A DNA stretch of 64,000 bases from Eledone cirrhosa (Eukaryota), in the NCBI GenBank assembly GCA_964016885.1, contig OZ024750.1, positions 48,174,001 to 48,238,000 of the forward strand, written 5' to 3'. This document shows, piece after piece, positions 14,902-29,713 of the stretch (position 1 is its first letter; every line of letters begins with the position of its first letter). The translations under genes were made by a program, and so were the position numbers. The notes under the pieces were generated by a model. The model saw nothing but the letters and a program-made list of their open reading frames with translations. It was not told the DNA's origin and ran no database searches.

Positions 14902-17038
14902 AACCCTCATCTCGATGCTTTCGAACAAGATTTAATGAAAACGACTATGAACATTAAGTTCAACAAACATAGAAATAATGAGCTGCAGAGCAACATGAAG
15001 GCACTATTCCGAAGACTTCAAAATACCAATGGAATTGTTTTGAAAGCTGACAAGACCTCTAACGTGTATACCATGGATATCGATACGTACAATAGCTTCA
15101 TACGCAACGAACTACACAAACAATATAGAAAAACAAATGAAACTACGCTAGCAAATATTAACAACGAGGCATATAAAGTGGTGAAGAATCTCAAGATAGA
15201 CGATAGAACCGAGCCGATTATACCCGCTACCCCCACCTTCAACCTGAAGGACCATAAGGTAAATTTTGACTCTAACCCTAAGATTAGACTTATATGCCCT
15301 TCTAAATCAGACATAGGAAAAATTAGCAAACATATACTTGACAGAGTAATAACTCAAGTGAAAAAGAAAATTGAAATTAAATTATGGTGCAAGACTAGCG
15401 AAGCAATTCGCTGGTTTAATAACGTTAAGAATAAGAATAAATCTAAGTTTATACAATTTGACATAGACGAATACTACTCTTCAATCTCACCAAGCACTTT
15501 ACGTAAGGCCCTATCGTTTGCTAAGGCCAATTCTGACCTAACGGTGGACGAAATTAATATTATTCTCGAGGCTAGAAAAACTATTATTGAGTTTGATAAC
15601 TGCTACTGGGAACGTAAGTACAGACCCACAAACTTCGACATTACCATGGGTTCCAACGACTCAGCGGAAGTCACGGACCTTGTGGGAATTTACATAGCCC
15701 TCATACTACATAATACATTTAGTAATCTACAGGGGGGGGGGGGTATACAGAGATGACGGGCTCTTATTAGTTAATAACTTGAATAACCAAAATCTGGAAA
15801 GGCTACGGAAACATATTAGAAAATCTTTTAGTGAACTGGGTCTAAAAATAACATATGAATACAATCATAAAGTAGTAAACTTTCTGGACGTAACTCTTAA
15901 TTTGAATACCGAACAGATACGACCCTTCCACAAGATGAATGAGAACCTTACGTATATTAACTTTAACTCAAACCACCGACACTCCATTATCAAATCTGTT
16001 CCCCGGAATATTTCTCTTAGAATCTCTCGCCTATCGTCTAACTCTGATATTTTTAGTGAACACGCTGAATACTACAATAATGCATTAAGGAATGCTGACC
16101 AACGGGATACAATAGAATACATTGATAGGAATCTCCATAACACACATAGCTCTACACGAAATCAAGGAATACGTAACCGGGGGACTAAAATACAAGCGCA
16201 CACACACAGTACCACCAGACATACTAATAATAGAAGATCACCACCAAATAAATCACGTTGTAGAAAGTATATCTAGTACAATCCTAATTTTAATTCCTCG
16301 ATTAGTACAAAACTATCTCTTTCATTCTTTAAGTTAATCAACAAACATTTCACTAGTTCCCATAAATACAGCAACATTCTGAACTCTAAAACTATTAGAC
16401 TATCATACTCCACGGCACCAAACGTTGAAGCACACATACAAAAACTTAACTTAAAGCAATTAAACAACACTACAAAACAAAATATTTTAGTAACATATGT
16501 GCAGAACGTAATATCTGCCTCACAACCACTAAATGGGAGACGGGTATTACACAATCCACCTGTACTGCTATCAGAACCTATCCATGGTATACCCGCTACC
16601 CGCAACAAATTATGTAACTGCCATCTACCTGAAAGATGTCCATTGAAGAATGAATGCCTAAAGTCCAACATTGTTTACCAATGCACGGTTTAATCGAACG
16701 ACCAGAAATGGTATTATATCGGATCGAACACCACCTAGTTTAAATCTCGCTGGTACCGTCATCGATTCTCAATCAAACATCCTAATCACCGTTTTGCGAC
16801 CACGCTCGCCAACAAGACTTGGCAACTCCGTGAACGCAACTAACAGTTCACCTTAAAATGGGATATACTTTCCAGCGCAAGTGCATATCGGAGTGGATTG
16901 TAATACTGCAGGTTATGTAACCTTGAACTCTTTTACATATTAAAATCCCAAAACAAACTACTTAACGATAGAATCGAACGATCATTATACTGCAACCACA
17001 AACTAAAAGCTAAATTCTCTCACTATAAAATAACTTAA
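14902..17038 (+). pseudogene. Disrupted PLE reverse transcriptase + GIY-YIG endonuclease ORF
   Basis: KADKT, LKDHK..F..NP..RLICPSKS, FIQFDIDEYYSSI, FDITMGSNDSAEV.DLVG, YRDDG (frameshift at the G-run ~15732-15743), VNFLDVTLNL, CNCHLPERCPL (CxCx5C linker typical of Hydra PLEs), IVY...YIG, CRLC, LLNDR..CNH; several in-frame stops. Confidence 0.92.
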
Positions 17039-17540
17039 CATTCGAACCCGTAACTATAACACCGCTTTCTAGCTAACCACCTCCTCTTCCCCCACACTAC
17101 CGACAATACACTGCTTATCACTATAAATGGTAACTCAGTGCAATTCTCAGATTACTACTACGAACCCAGAGTTCACTCACCACATAGACTTCGTCTGTCC
17201 CCTCTCTATCTCTCTCTCTACATCCATTACACACACACTCTCTCTCTCTCTCGCCTTTGGCCTACCTCCCTCTCCACATCTATGAACCTGCCCTCTGGGG
17301 CAATAAATAATTCCGACATTAACTATCAACGCATCTCTTCAAAAGTAACCAGTATAATAAAACCCCTACCATAACATGTTGATTAAGATATCTACAAACA
17401 ACTCTCTCCTATCTCTCCAACCCCCGCATATCTTTCTCTCTCTCTCTCTCTCTCTCCCCTACTTTTCTCTCTTCCTTTTCTACTCTATTTTCTCCAACAA
17501 CCCCACTTAAGGGTATTTACATTGTACATTTAAACCAGTC

Positions 17541-17652
17541 TGCTCTGAGGATAAAGTGGTCACATCACTGGATATTTGAGTTCTGCAAATAGTTGTACAT
17601 TTGCACATAGCATAACTAGGCTGTAGTACCACCGTGGAAACATTTGTAAGCA
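17541..17652 (+). ncRNA. Type I hammerhead ribozyme with extended stem II (inverted copy at ~14213-14325)
   Basis: tgct-CTGAGGA-(~85 nt foldable insert)-GAAA-catttg-TA-agca, followed by AATAAA. Confidence 0.7.
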
Positions 17653-17861
17653 CACGGAATAAATTACCTTTTTATGATGTCTACCTGTTATTATTCATTC
17701 TTTATATACACTCGGGAATACAGAAGGATCAGGAACTAAGTTTCTTCAACAATTCTTCCATAACTCGTAGAGTAACCTCTCACCGTACGTCAACTATATC
17801 CAGTGTAGTAATTAACCATTACTACATCTAGGATAATCCTATACCTAATATATATATATAT

Positions 17862-19742
17862 TAGGTATAGGAATTCTTTCACGGACCCAAACAAAAAATC
17901 TTCAACATCACTATCAGGCTTACTCTGGAAACTTAAACATAATAACGTTGGATATTCGATGGTTTTGAATATAGTCTCAACAGGGATTCCTTTTAATTCC
18001 TCTTCTGAGACATGTGACCTCTGCGCGGAGGTGATATTCTTTATACTAAAATCTAAACATTCCCTTAATTTACGGACCAATTTATTCAGTTGCTGCAGAC
18101 ATAGATTGAACTCAACTTTTAAATATAAACATAAATTTAAAATGTAGTATATTTACTTAAGATTTTTAATTATTTATGAAACTTGGCGATAAATCTTTCG
18201 ATTCCTTCAATTTTTTAAACCTTCTTCATGAGTATATAATTAATGATGTAATTAAACTACCTTAAAATGATGATGCTCCTAATCTTCTGAATACATTTTT
18301 AAGCTAGATAAACTTGTATAATAAATATAAGAGCATCTGTAGAACAACCGGGTATCCTAAAGTTTTTTTTTTTTTTTTTTTTTTTTTTTTGAATGATTTC
18401 TGCTAAATAAGTTTTGTTGAATAATTTTGGTTTTGTTTGCTTTTGATTCTGATTGCTTCTAATGAACTTGGCAATATATTGTCAAATAAATTTGAAGGGT
18501 TGATTTCTGTGGTTGATATGCGGGGCACACTGTGTTTTCTTACGGCCCTAGATACTCTGGGGAGTGAAATATTATTGGCGTTTTTAATATATTGATATCT
18601 GTTGTCTATTCTATGCTTGAACGATAATCATGTAAGAGAGGGCAAGAATATTATTATTAATAATGTATATTTTATGTATATATATATGTATGTACATATA
18701 TGTATGGTAGAATCTTTTGTAACGCAATGAAGATTTTCATGTGAAATAAAAATTTACAGAGCTGATCACGTAAACTCACATGTGTGTCTATAATGTCAAC
18801 TTGAATTTGAGATAACCTTCTCTTTTTCTTTCTCTTTTTTCTTTTTTCTTTTTTCATGAAAATACATATATACTTATGTATTTCAGTATTTTTTTTGAAG
18901 TTTTATCTCAGATTTTGATTATAAACCTAAGAATTTTTAAACTAAACATATAGTCATTATTTTTTTACACATTATTGATATGTGTCTCATTCATGAATAT
19001 TGATATTTACATTATAATACCTAATTCATAAGAATTGATAGACTGATGAAACATAATATTTTAAAACTATCATCTTTATTTCTGAATATATCTCTTCTCC
19101 TCCTCCCTCTACACTTGACGGGACTGATGTATCGGCTGATTTAACTCTACCTCCTGTATCTCACCCCTCCCCTATCTCTCCCACCTCCTATAATAGATAT
19201 TACTCGATCTACCTCTTTTCTCCCACCACCTATAACTCTTTCTACCTCTCTTTATTTATTTTTATTTTTATTTTTATTTCTCTCTGTATCCTTAACACTA
19301 TAACTAAATAAATAAATAAATAAATAATTACAGTACCCCCTTCCCTCCTAAATCTCTCATTTGTACGTTATTCATTTTTCGCCTCCTCAATATTTCTCTC
19401 TCCCATATCTCTCTCTCTCTATCTCGCTCTGTTGTTTTTTCTTTACATACATTTCTTCATTTTCTTCGCCTTCCTCTCTAACTGTCCTTAGCAGTATACA
19501 CTTTCTTTCTTTTTTCTCTTCGTCTTTCTTTCTAACTGTCCTTAACATTTTCACTACCAAAACAACTTTTTAAATGGAAGTTGTAAAGGTTTAAGGTATG
19601 TCAAATTTATTTATAAAACTGTTTATATATTGTATTTTGTCTGAAGAGGGCATACCATATTTTTAATATGATATCCCTGAAATATATATAATGAAATAAA
19701 TATGGTTTTATAAATGTAGTTTCCATTTGTTTAATATCGTAT
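17862..19742 (+). mobile_element. Hydra-type PLE 3' fragment, family B (EN C-terminus, long 3' region, HHR at ~19634-19697)
   Basis: TSLSGLLWKLK..CDLCAEVIFFIL..LNLR..CCRHR; homologous to 41612-43446; CTGAAGA..GAAA tatata TA then AATAAA. Confidence 0.82.
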
Positions 19743-20342
19743 ATATATATATATATTATTTTATATATATATGTATTCTGTGGAAAGCCAGTCGTATTAT
19801 TTCATGAGATATAATTAAAGTTAAAATATATATATATATATTGGTATGTGTGTATGGCTGTGTAAGTATGCATGTATTTGTGAGTGAAAAATAACAATAG
19901 TAGTCGAGGTTAAATTTGCCTTTCCTCTCTATGGGGTCGATAAAATAAAGTATCAGTAATACACTGGTTTAATTGCTGACCTTGTGCCCGAAGTAGAAAC
20001 AATTATATATATTCTGTTTGTTTGCTAGCCACATAATCACAATAGTGTTTGAGCGGCACCTGAGAGAAAACAGTAGACAATAGACAAATGTTTCTCACTG
20101 CCAAGATTGTGTATTCTGCTTGCTGCTACCCACGGGAACTTCTGAGGATACATAGTGTTCTCAAATGTATACATTGGCTGACTGGACTAATTTGCATACC
20201 AAGCGATTTTTCAGTTGGCCTTGCCGGAAATTAGATAGCATCACATTAGTAATATTATATTATTGTAATGTTATTATAATTCATTCACGAATATACTTAG
20301 GTATCTATCATGTTTAGAGAGAACACAGCATTTTGTTATATA

Positions 20343-20414
<72 letters not shown>

Positions 20415-20420
<6 letters not shown>

Positions 20421-20804
20421 GAATAAATCAAAGAATGAGTTTTACAATAGATTGGAAGCACTCAAGAGGAACGTTTTTCCGGAATTATTAATATTAATTC
20501 AAAATATTAACAAAATAGATATTCTCGTGATCAAGTATATGTTATTATACATATTTCAGAGTTACTGAGTTAACTTCAACAGTACGTCTTCATCAGATAA
20601 AATAAGATGATGCATGGCACACCCTGACATAGTAGATGGTTAAGATTCAGTCATGACTGAACCTTATCCATCTACTATGTCAGGGTACATCATCATCTTA
20701 TTTTATCTGATGAAGACGTACTGTTGAAGTTAACTCAGTACCTCTGAAATATGTATAATAAATATACTTGATCACAAGAATATCTATTTTGTTAATATTT
20801 TGAA

Positions 20805-20810
<6 letters not shown>
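20415..20810 (-). mobile_element. Family C palindromic insertion with HHR (20701-20762 and its mirror) and tail on the left
   Basis: Palindrome centred on cagtcatgactg (~20654); ttttat-CTGATGA..GAAA-tatgta-TA-ataaa. Confidence 0.85.
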
Positions 20811-20871
<61 letters not shown>

Positions 20872-21120
20872 GACAGGAATATTTATGTTGGCTTTGTCAG
20901 TCATTCAATTTTTTGGATCGCCGTCCATTTGATTTCACCATTAAAGATCAATTTAACAAAAACGTTGAAATACATGAAGTTTGTTCATATACATAAACAC
21001 ACACACACACATACACACACACATACACGTACACACACATGCGCACACACACATACATACCCACATACACGCCCGCACACACACACACACACAAACACAC
21101 ACATACACGCACACACACAC

Positions 21121-21227
<107 letters not shown>

Positions 21228-21314
21228 GATATAGATATATAGATAGAAAGATACACACATATACGCACATACGTATATATTAATATTTACATTTATATAT
21301 ATAAACATAATTAC

Positions 21315-21354
<40 letters not shown>

Positions 21355-23965
21355 ATTATTATATTATTACTATTGTCATCAATATTATTTTGCCTTTCAT
21401 TTTAGCTATGTTAAAACTCTGCTCTACTGCCACCATTCAATAAATTAATTTGTAACGATTTGGCAACATTGATGTATTAGAGGAATTTTGGCACATGAAA
21501 ACATTTGAGTTTGTCAGCAATGTAATAAATCAAATATACATAATTAATACTTTCAACCTATGTTAAGAATCATAGGGAAATATATTGGTTTCATATTTAA
21601 GTAATGTCTATCATACTTATGGTCAATCCAGACAAAGGTCATGTTAATTAAATCTTATGACCAGTCGACAAATATATAAATATATAAACACAATAAAGGC
21701 AGACAAAGAAAGGAAATAATCCAATCAACAACGACAACAATAATATTCATCTGAATACGTCTCACTACTTCCAAATTGAAAACGGAGAAATTAGATTCGC
21801 TTTGTAGTAAATGTTTATCAACGGAGAAATCTTTATAAAAACAGAGTAGATTAGGAGAATAACAGAAAAGGAAATCGGATTAACGTATTGAAGTCACTAT
21901 TCTAATTTATATATATAACATCGTATAACATTTTATATATACCTCCCATTGACTAGCTTTGACAACATTAAGAGAAATTCAATATATCAGATTGCTGCAT
22001 CTGTATTTACTGAAAATCACGAAGTAATATGGCAAATATTTTTGTTATTTTTCTGCTTGTCTTTTAGAAATATCGACGTTGGTGAAGTGAAGGTGTCACA
22101 CAAATATAACATCTTTAAGTCAAGGCTGGAACATTAGTAGCGGCGTTGATACAATATCGAATTGAATGACTTCTTACTTGTTCCAGCATCCTACACCCAT
22201 TCGAGGTCACCTTTATTTTCTACGTCCATAAACAAAGTATCAGTTCAATATTCTATTTCTTTCTCGACGTGGTGGTGCCGTTGAAACTCAATTAATCGGT
22301 ATATGTCATAATTGGATTGGTGTTCAATATATTGACCAATGTTGAATGATGTTCATTTAATAAGAAATCAATTTTCAGAGAAAGGCGGGATGCTTTGAAT
22401 ATCTGCTCTGGTTTTATGCCTTCTGAGATCTACTTTGTCTCTCAAACTTTGTAGATTCTCCGAAAGACTTTAAAGCAGATTTTTCTAACTTTTTCATATT
22501 CGTAACATACATTTTCGAAATAAATGTTTTCATGGCACTAAATAGATTATGTTAAAGAAGCAAAACTAATATTTCAATATTTCTTGACGTAACAGTATTC
22601 ACATGCCTAATTAAACCAATATGCTCCGCTTTCCTATTTCTTTCATAGTAACATAATCCGTAAAAAACATAAGATTCTACTAACTTAAACGATTCCACTT
22701 TCGTTCCTCAAAGGCACACACACATTTCGCGATGCACAACTGACTTAGATTATACAGAAATAACTTTTTTTTTCTCCTAAAATATTGCTTGTCATGAATT
22801 AAGTAATGTATTATGTACTTCATAGTTATATTACATTGAAACAAAGAAAAACATTGCAGCACTCACTTATGGAATCACATCTACAATTTTCTGCAACACT
22901 GCATTTCAAAGGTGAGTTCATGGGTAGGTTAATTATATGTGCTCCAGTATTATGAAAGTAACATGAAATAAAGCAATAAACACACCAGTTCCCTCAAAAG
23001 ATGCTCATTCTCTCAATATATAATAGTAGTAAAATTGGCCCATTAAACCTTGCAGAACATACGGTAGGTGGCTTTGTGGTAAGTTTACTTGGCAAACGAT
23101 CGTAAGTTCAATTTCTACCGATGCATTGTATCCTTGTTTATGACAGATAAAGTTGTTCCTATCTACTCAGCTGAAAAAAGATATGTAACTTTATTTCAAC
23201 GGGGCAGCCGTGAGCCACAATTTATCTCATACTAAATCTCCTTAAGAACCTTGAGCAGGTTGTTAAGTATTTGTAGACTACTTAACAACCTGCTCAATAA
23301 TTTAACGAGGAATCCATTTTCTGTTCAAACAAATGGAATGTTCACCATTGTAAGCCGCATTTTATCCGCCAATTAGTAAGAGAGTTGTAAAACCTAAACA
23401 TTGTCTTCTTCAAGAAATAAATTTAATTCCATACTAAATCGAAGGTTTCGAGATTACCCCTCCCATTACTATCGTTCCTTTTACTTGTTTCTTTTATTTT
23501 CTATTTCCTTCGTTCCTCTTGCTATTATGAAGTGGTTCACAAGACGCTATTTTCACAGATCAATTGAACACCTGGACAATCCATAAAAGTTTAAAATCCC
23601 ACATATTCATATTTTTTTTTAGGAAACAGTTGCAAAAAGCTTCAACATTCTTCTCCTTTTAGGCCATATATATTTTAAGAATTTTCATTCTCAAACATTA
23701 GAATGATCTAATACTTCTAAATGCGAGACAATCCGGCTCTGCTTTGCTATTCAAATATTTAACATACCTAAACTGAGTATAATTATTATAACGATATAAT
23801 AAACACCACAAGGCTATATTTTTTGACAATGTTAAAAGTAGTTTGTTTTTAAATCGGTGATAATATTGAGGCAAATGTAGAAACACGATTATTTAGTATC
23901 GCTAATCCACCATATGATTTTGAAATTTAGTTACTTTAATTAATTAAAGCTATCCATTAATAAAG

Positions 23966-24122
23966 CCGGCGAATTGGCAGAGTCGTTTGAACGTCGGATA
24001 TAATTATTTACGGTATTTGTTCCGGCTCCCTACTCCCTGAGTTTAGATCCTACCGAGGTCAACTTTGCTTTTCATCCTTTCGAAGTAGATAAAACAAGTA
24101 CCAGTCTAGTACTGAGGTCGAT
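23966..24122 (+). mobile_element. SINE family 1, diverged copy (other fragments at 1-45, 19903-20005, 29113-29520, 46200-46330, 53990-54110)
   Basis: ggcgaattggcaga..gaggtcaactttgcttttcatcc..gtaccag. Confidence 0.7.
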
Positions 24123-26209
24123 TGTGTCTCTCTGGAAGAAATATGCTGTACTCAGACCTGGTGAGAGATGCGCTGCTCCAGTCTTAAAATGCTCAAGAAA
24201 TGCCCTATGTCAATATGTGACCCATACGACTACCTCAGGAGTTACAGGATCCTATCATCGCATCCATTGATAATTTAACCTATATATAGAAATAAAATAT
24301 ACGACATTAGGAAGACAGCCATACGCTCCATATTTAGTAAAACACTATTAAGGATTTATAAATGACAGTAATTACGTATACAAATAATATGAATCCTAAA
24401 GAAAGCAAAAGGCAGGCAAATGTAGGCAAACTTTGGTGTGGAGGAAATCAACCCCTATAGCTGACTTGTACTTATATTGTCAGTTCCTGAAGGGGAAGAT
24501 TAAGGCATCTACCCTATTCATACACACACTAATATGAAGAAAAAAGTAGCAGTCAAACATACACAAAACCACAATAGAAACATCACATGGAGCAATGGAT
24601 CCACCACGGAATCATTGTGCATGCTATAAATAGTAGCTAAATACATTACAATCCTTCGACTTGAAATCGAGAGAGAATAAAATAAGGTTGTGCTGTTATA
24701 GATGCGCAGTGTCTGAAATAATTTACTTGATGATCTTGGCTGGAACTCTGTATGCTGGATTGGAGAGCATTAATCAACGACGATAACTAAATCAAGAAAA
24801 ATCAACTAAAACATGCACAAAATTAACGTTAACATAAACATTCAAGAAAAATCGAAATAGAAGCAAGGAAATTTGTATGATGATTACTTTTAAAGTGATC
24901 AATTTCATTATCAATCTACCCGTGAACAACTTTTGGTTCTGTCCAATACACCATTTATACTCAACCTTCACATGACTTCCTTTAGTAACCTTTCTTTTGT
25001 TAAGTGGGGCCTGACGTAATTATGATGGCTGGTTTGAAGGAAGTTTCGCAAAAAAATAAAACTGAAAGCAACAACATTTCGATATCACTGCTGATCCAGT
25101 TCAACCTGCAACTATTCTTCCATAGCATTTAATCTGGATAACTTTAAGAGAAAATCTTGACTATGGTAGTAAAGATGCTATTGAGATTAATCCGAAATGC
25201 GATAACCTGACATCTCAATTATGAATCCATTCATCCGAATACCATAATATCATTGTTCATAGTTCAGGATCGTGTAGAGGGTGGCTACTCTACTTAATCT
25301 ATAATGTTTTAACACACACATGCACGCACACACACACAACCCCCCCCCCCACACACACACACATAAAGACATGCCCTTCCACCCAATGTATTCGTCTTCT
25401 CTAACTTTTCATATGATACTCTAATGCACAGTCGAATTATTAATACAGAGATTGTACACTATGTTGAAAAGCAAATACCCTTGTAATATTGAGCAGGTAA
25501 CATCCATGGGCCACATTAATGTCGTCCAATTATTTCTTATTCCGACACAATGTCTACATATTACCAGGAGGGCGTCAGTCAATTACCTCGACCCATTTCG
25601 TAGTTCGTATTTGATTTTAATCTACTCGAGAAGCATGAAGGGCAACTTTAAATTCCGCCGATGGCAGCTTGAGTGAAATATAAATACAGAATCAGAATAC
25701 AGACAATCTTCCTTATAACAGAAATTATTGTCAACCTTTTGTCTTTTGCGTGTGATATAGTGAAATTTGAGCGTTAATGGGTGAATGTGGAGACGTTGGT
25801 TAAGCTACGATGATGTATTTTGCACCGAAGATTTACTAGTCTGGCTACAATAACATGTTAATGATGAGTGGGTGTTATGGTCGAGCCTCAATTATCATCT
25901 GTCCCAGAGTGAGAAGTCAAGAGGGCAAAAGTAAATTTTAGCTGGGCTTAAATACCCATATATTTCGAGACACATATTTTCGTCTGCCTTTCAATATCCG
26001 TAGATATACTTCTGATAATCCCAAGACTGACCATTTTAATTATAGTTACAGTCTTATCGATGGGCATCCACATGATTCCTGCCTTCCTAAATTCACTCAC
26101 AAGGTATTGGTTGACAAAAACTAATAGTAAATACCATGTTTCGAAGGTACCATACAACAACAACAATACCCTTTATCTCCTTATCATTTTATCACACCTA
26201 ATAATGATG

Positions 26210-26285
<76 letters not shown>
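26210..26285. repeat. (TAC)n microsatellite
   Basis: Direct reading. Confidence 0.95.
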
Positions 26286-26494
26286 CAGATTACAGCAAAT
26301 ACATTTTCTGACGCTCTCAATAATTGACAATACACCGTATTTGTTTGGCGCCAAAAATGCATCAAAATGCCATCTAATTATGAATAGATTTCCTAAGTGC
26401 AATTTCAAGAGATAATTATTTAATGGTTGGTTTTAAAAGAATCAGAAAAAAAAATATTAGATTTTATTGCATTGTCACTATCAATTCTACGGGA

Positions 26495-26548
<54 letters not shown>

Positions 26549-26551
<3 letters not shown>

Positions 26552-26975
26552 AAAGTTTTATTTAAAGTTGTTGGGATACAACAAGTAAATATTTGTATAA
26601 CTGATATAAAGCACTCGACAAGTTTTTGGAGTAGATATACGATATTAATAAATGGAAACTATATTTATAAAATCATATTTATTTCATTATACATATTTCA
26701 GGGATACCACATTAAATTATGGTATGCCTTCATCAAATAAAATACAATATATAACAGTTTTACAAATAGCTTTGACGTACCCTTTTAAAATACAACCATT
26801 ACTTTTGGAGGCTATCCAGACAACCTCCAAAAGTAATGGTTGTATTTTAAAGGGGTACGTCAAAGCTATTTATATATTGTATTTTATCTGATGAAGGCAT
26901 ACCATAATTTAATGTGGTATCCCTGAAATATGTATAATGAAATAAATATGGTTTTATAAATATAGTTTCCATTTA
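26549..26975 (-). mobile_element. Family B palindromic insertion with HHR (26881-26944) and tail on the left
   Basis: Arms ~26647-26810 / 26825-26975; attttat-CTGATGA..GAAA-tatgta-TA-atgaaat. Confidence 0.85.
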
Positions 26976-27429
26976 TGAAAATATATATTTAAATTATTGA
27001 TGTATTGTTTTATTGATATTTTTTATCTGATTGTCCCGAATCTTCTATTATCGATTTTTTATCGTATGGTTGATTTTAGACTTGTTCTATGTGTGACGGT
27101 ATTTTAACGATAGTTATAGCTCTGATTCATCTGAATTATTGAGCCCTCTGTCGCTCATTTCGAATCTTGTTTATCGTGAACTCGTGCGCCGATTTTTCGA
27201 TACTCGATCTTTCTAATATATATATATATATATACAGATAAATATGACAATCGTTTCACCAAGTTTATTTAATTCTCCAGCGCGTATTTGCGCTACTTTG
27301 GAGCTCTCTATATATACGTATGAATCTACAGTTTTCACAATAAGCTGAGAATGTAAAAACTGGGGATATTTTAACGATGAAACGTCCGAGTGAATCTTAT
27401 TAAATACGATTATCAATCTGGAGATCATT

Positions 27430-27610
27430 AATTGGCAGTATCGGTAGAGGGTCGGACGCCATGCTTTCCAGCATAGTTACGTCCCTTTATGATCTGAGTT
27501 CAAATCCCGCCGAGGTTGACTTTGCCTTTCATCCTTACGGGGTCGATAAAATAAAGTACCAGTAATGCACTGGATAATTGCTGGCCTTGTGCCTAAAGTA
27601 GAAACAATTA
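27430..27610 (+). mobile_element. tRNA-derived SINE family 1
   Basis: A-box tggcagtatcggtag, B-box gagttcaaatccc, conserved gcctttcatcc..ggggtcgataaaataaagtaccag body. Confidence 0.85.
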
Positions 27611-28045
27611 TAGATAATTCCCTTTGGTCCAGATCACATACGTTCATAGTGTATTCTGATATCATATCTTTCTCAGGAGCTGTATAACGTTTTAAGTTTT
27701 AAATGTTTCTATGAGAAATTTAAATGAAATGATCTTGGTTCTCTAAAAGCTTTATAATCTACTGCTCACTATTTTACTCATGTATTATTCATTACTAATA
27801 TTTGATATATTGTCTTCATCTCATAGACGTTTGAACGTTTTTACTTAACCTTGGTTAAACAATTGTCATACAATGTTTAAACATTTATTTTTCTTCAAAG
27901 TCAGATAAATGGAAATTGAATTATCATATTTCAGGATGGCATTCTTTCTTACCTATTTCTATGAGACGCTGATGTGATGAGAGGGGTTTACAGAAAAGGA
28001 TGAGGAGAGGGAGACATAAAGGCAGAGAGAGGAAGTGGAGAGATG

Positions 28046-28125
<80 letters not shown>

Positions 28126-29713
28126 AGAGAGAGAAGAGAGAGAGAGAGGTGTGGTTAAAGAGAGAGAGATCAAGAGTGTTAGTGTATACAGACACAGATG
28201 TAAATAGAATAGACACTTAGATCGGAAGTTTACAGTAAATTATCTAGTTTGAGTATAAATATTATTTTGAATAGATATTTGTGGATGACAGAATAAGTAG
28301 AGCACGGCACTAAATTCCTTGTGTTATTTAATTATCCTTAGTATATGAGATTCAATTTTGCAGAGGTTTCAACCCACTGTAATATAACAAATAACCTACT
28401 GTAATAAGGATCAACTCAATCGTGTGATTCCGTACTTATAAAGCATACATGTTGTTCAGATCAACCCTGACAAATCCTGTGATCAAATCAGGCATTGTGT
28501 TAAAGCATTACTTCCTCTGGGTTGCATGATCTTACATATCGCTCCCTTTATATTGCGTTAGCATAAGATTCCATGCAGATTTGGTTATTATTTCTAATAA
28601 ATCAACCAATAATGAAAATAGTACTTCTTGGATTGGTATCAACAATAGTTACACTTTATTTGTGTCTTAACAATGAACACCATTTATTATCATTATTCAT
28701 ATTCCTCTTATTGTTATGATCACTATTATTATTAATGTGAAATTCAAAGAGAATATAATAAAGATAAATGGTTTTCGATCATTGATTTTAGTTGCCGACC
28801 TTTAAATTCAGGATATAAGAATGTCAGAAGAAATTAATCGCAGACCGAGTTTTGTAGTTTTTCTATCAAAACAAAATCAACTTCTTTACAAATTATCAGA
28901 AGGAGAAAGAAATTTGAGCAATTTATAATAAAGCATAATTTTTAACTACACGATCTAGAACACGATACCCATGATAAATTAGCAAAATAAAAAGAATTTA
29001 ATCAACAATTTAATTTCAACGCTGCCCGAATACATTTTTCACTTATTTTAGAAATATTTTTCAAAAACTGTTTTGATTATATTGTTGCTTTTTGTTTTCA
29101 AATGTTCTAAGGCTGTTGGATTGGCAGAATCATTTGATTATCTAAGCAAATGCCTTCGTCATTTTGTCGCAGCCTATTTCATTCTGAGTTCAAATCCCAC
29201 CGTAGTTCACTTCACTTTCAGGCTTCCTTGTTCCAGGGTCAACAAAATTGAGTACCAGACAGGTACTGGTGTACGCGTCATCAGTGTCGCCTCCTCCCAA
29301 ACAATTGGACGTTTGCCAAAATTCAAAACAATCAAAAGGTGGTGGATTGGCAGAATGTGTAGGGCCTCGAATAAAATGTCACTGCAGTATTTGTTCTAGA
29401 TAGTTGTAAGGCAAGTTCAAAACCCGATCAGGTTAAACTCACCTTTCATGTACTCTGTTTAGGTTAATCACATTTGCACTTCGTCCATAATTTGTTATCC
29501 TTGCCCTAAATGAGAAATCAATGTAGAGATTCTAACAGCAGTGTCTTATATCCTTCACCTGCTTTAAAGGAATATTCCTCATTTGACAATGTAATGTAGT
29601 CATAAATATATGTGAATGAACTCAAGTGTTGTATCACTGATATTGTAATTCCTAATGGATTTTTAAGAGTGGCGTCTCTACAACTACAACAGTCAATTTA
29701 TATATATATATAT

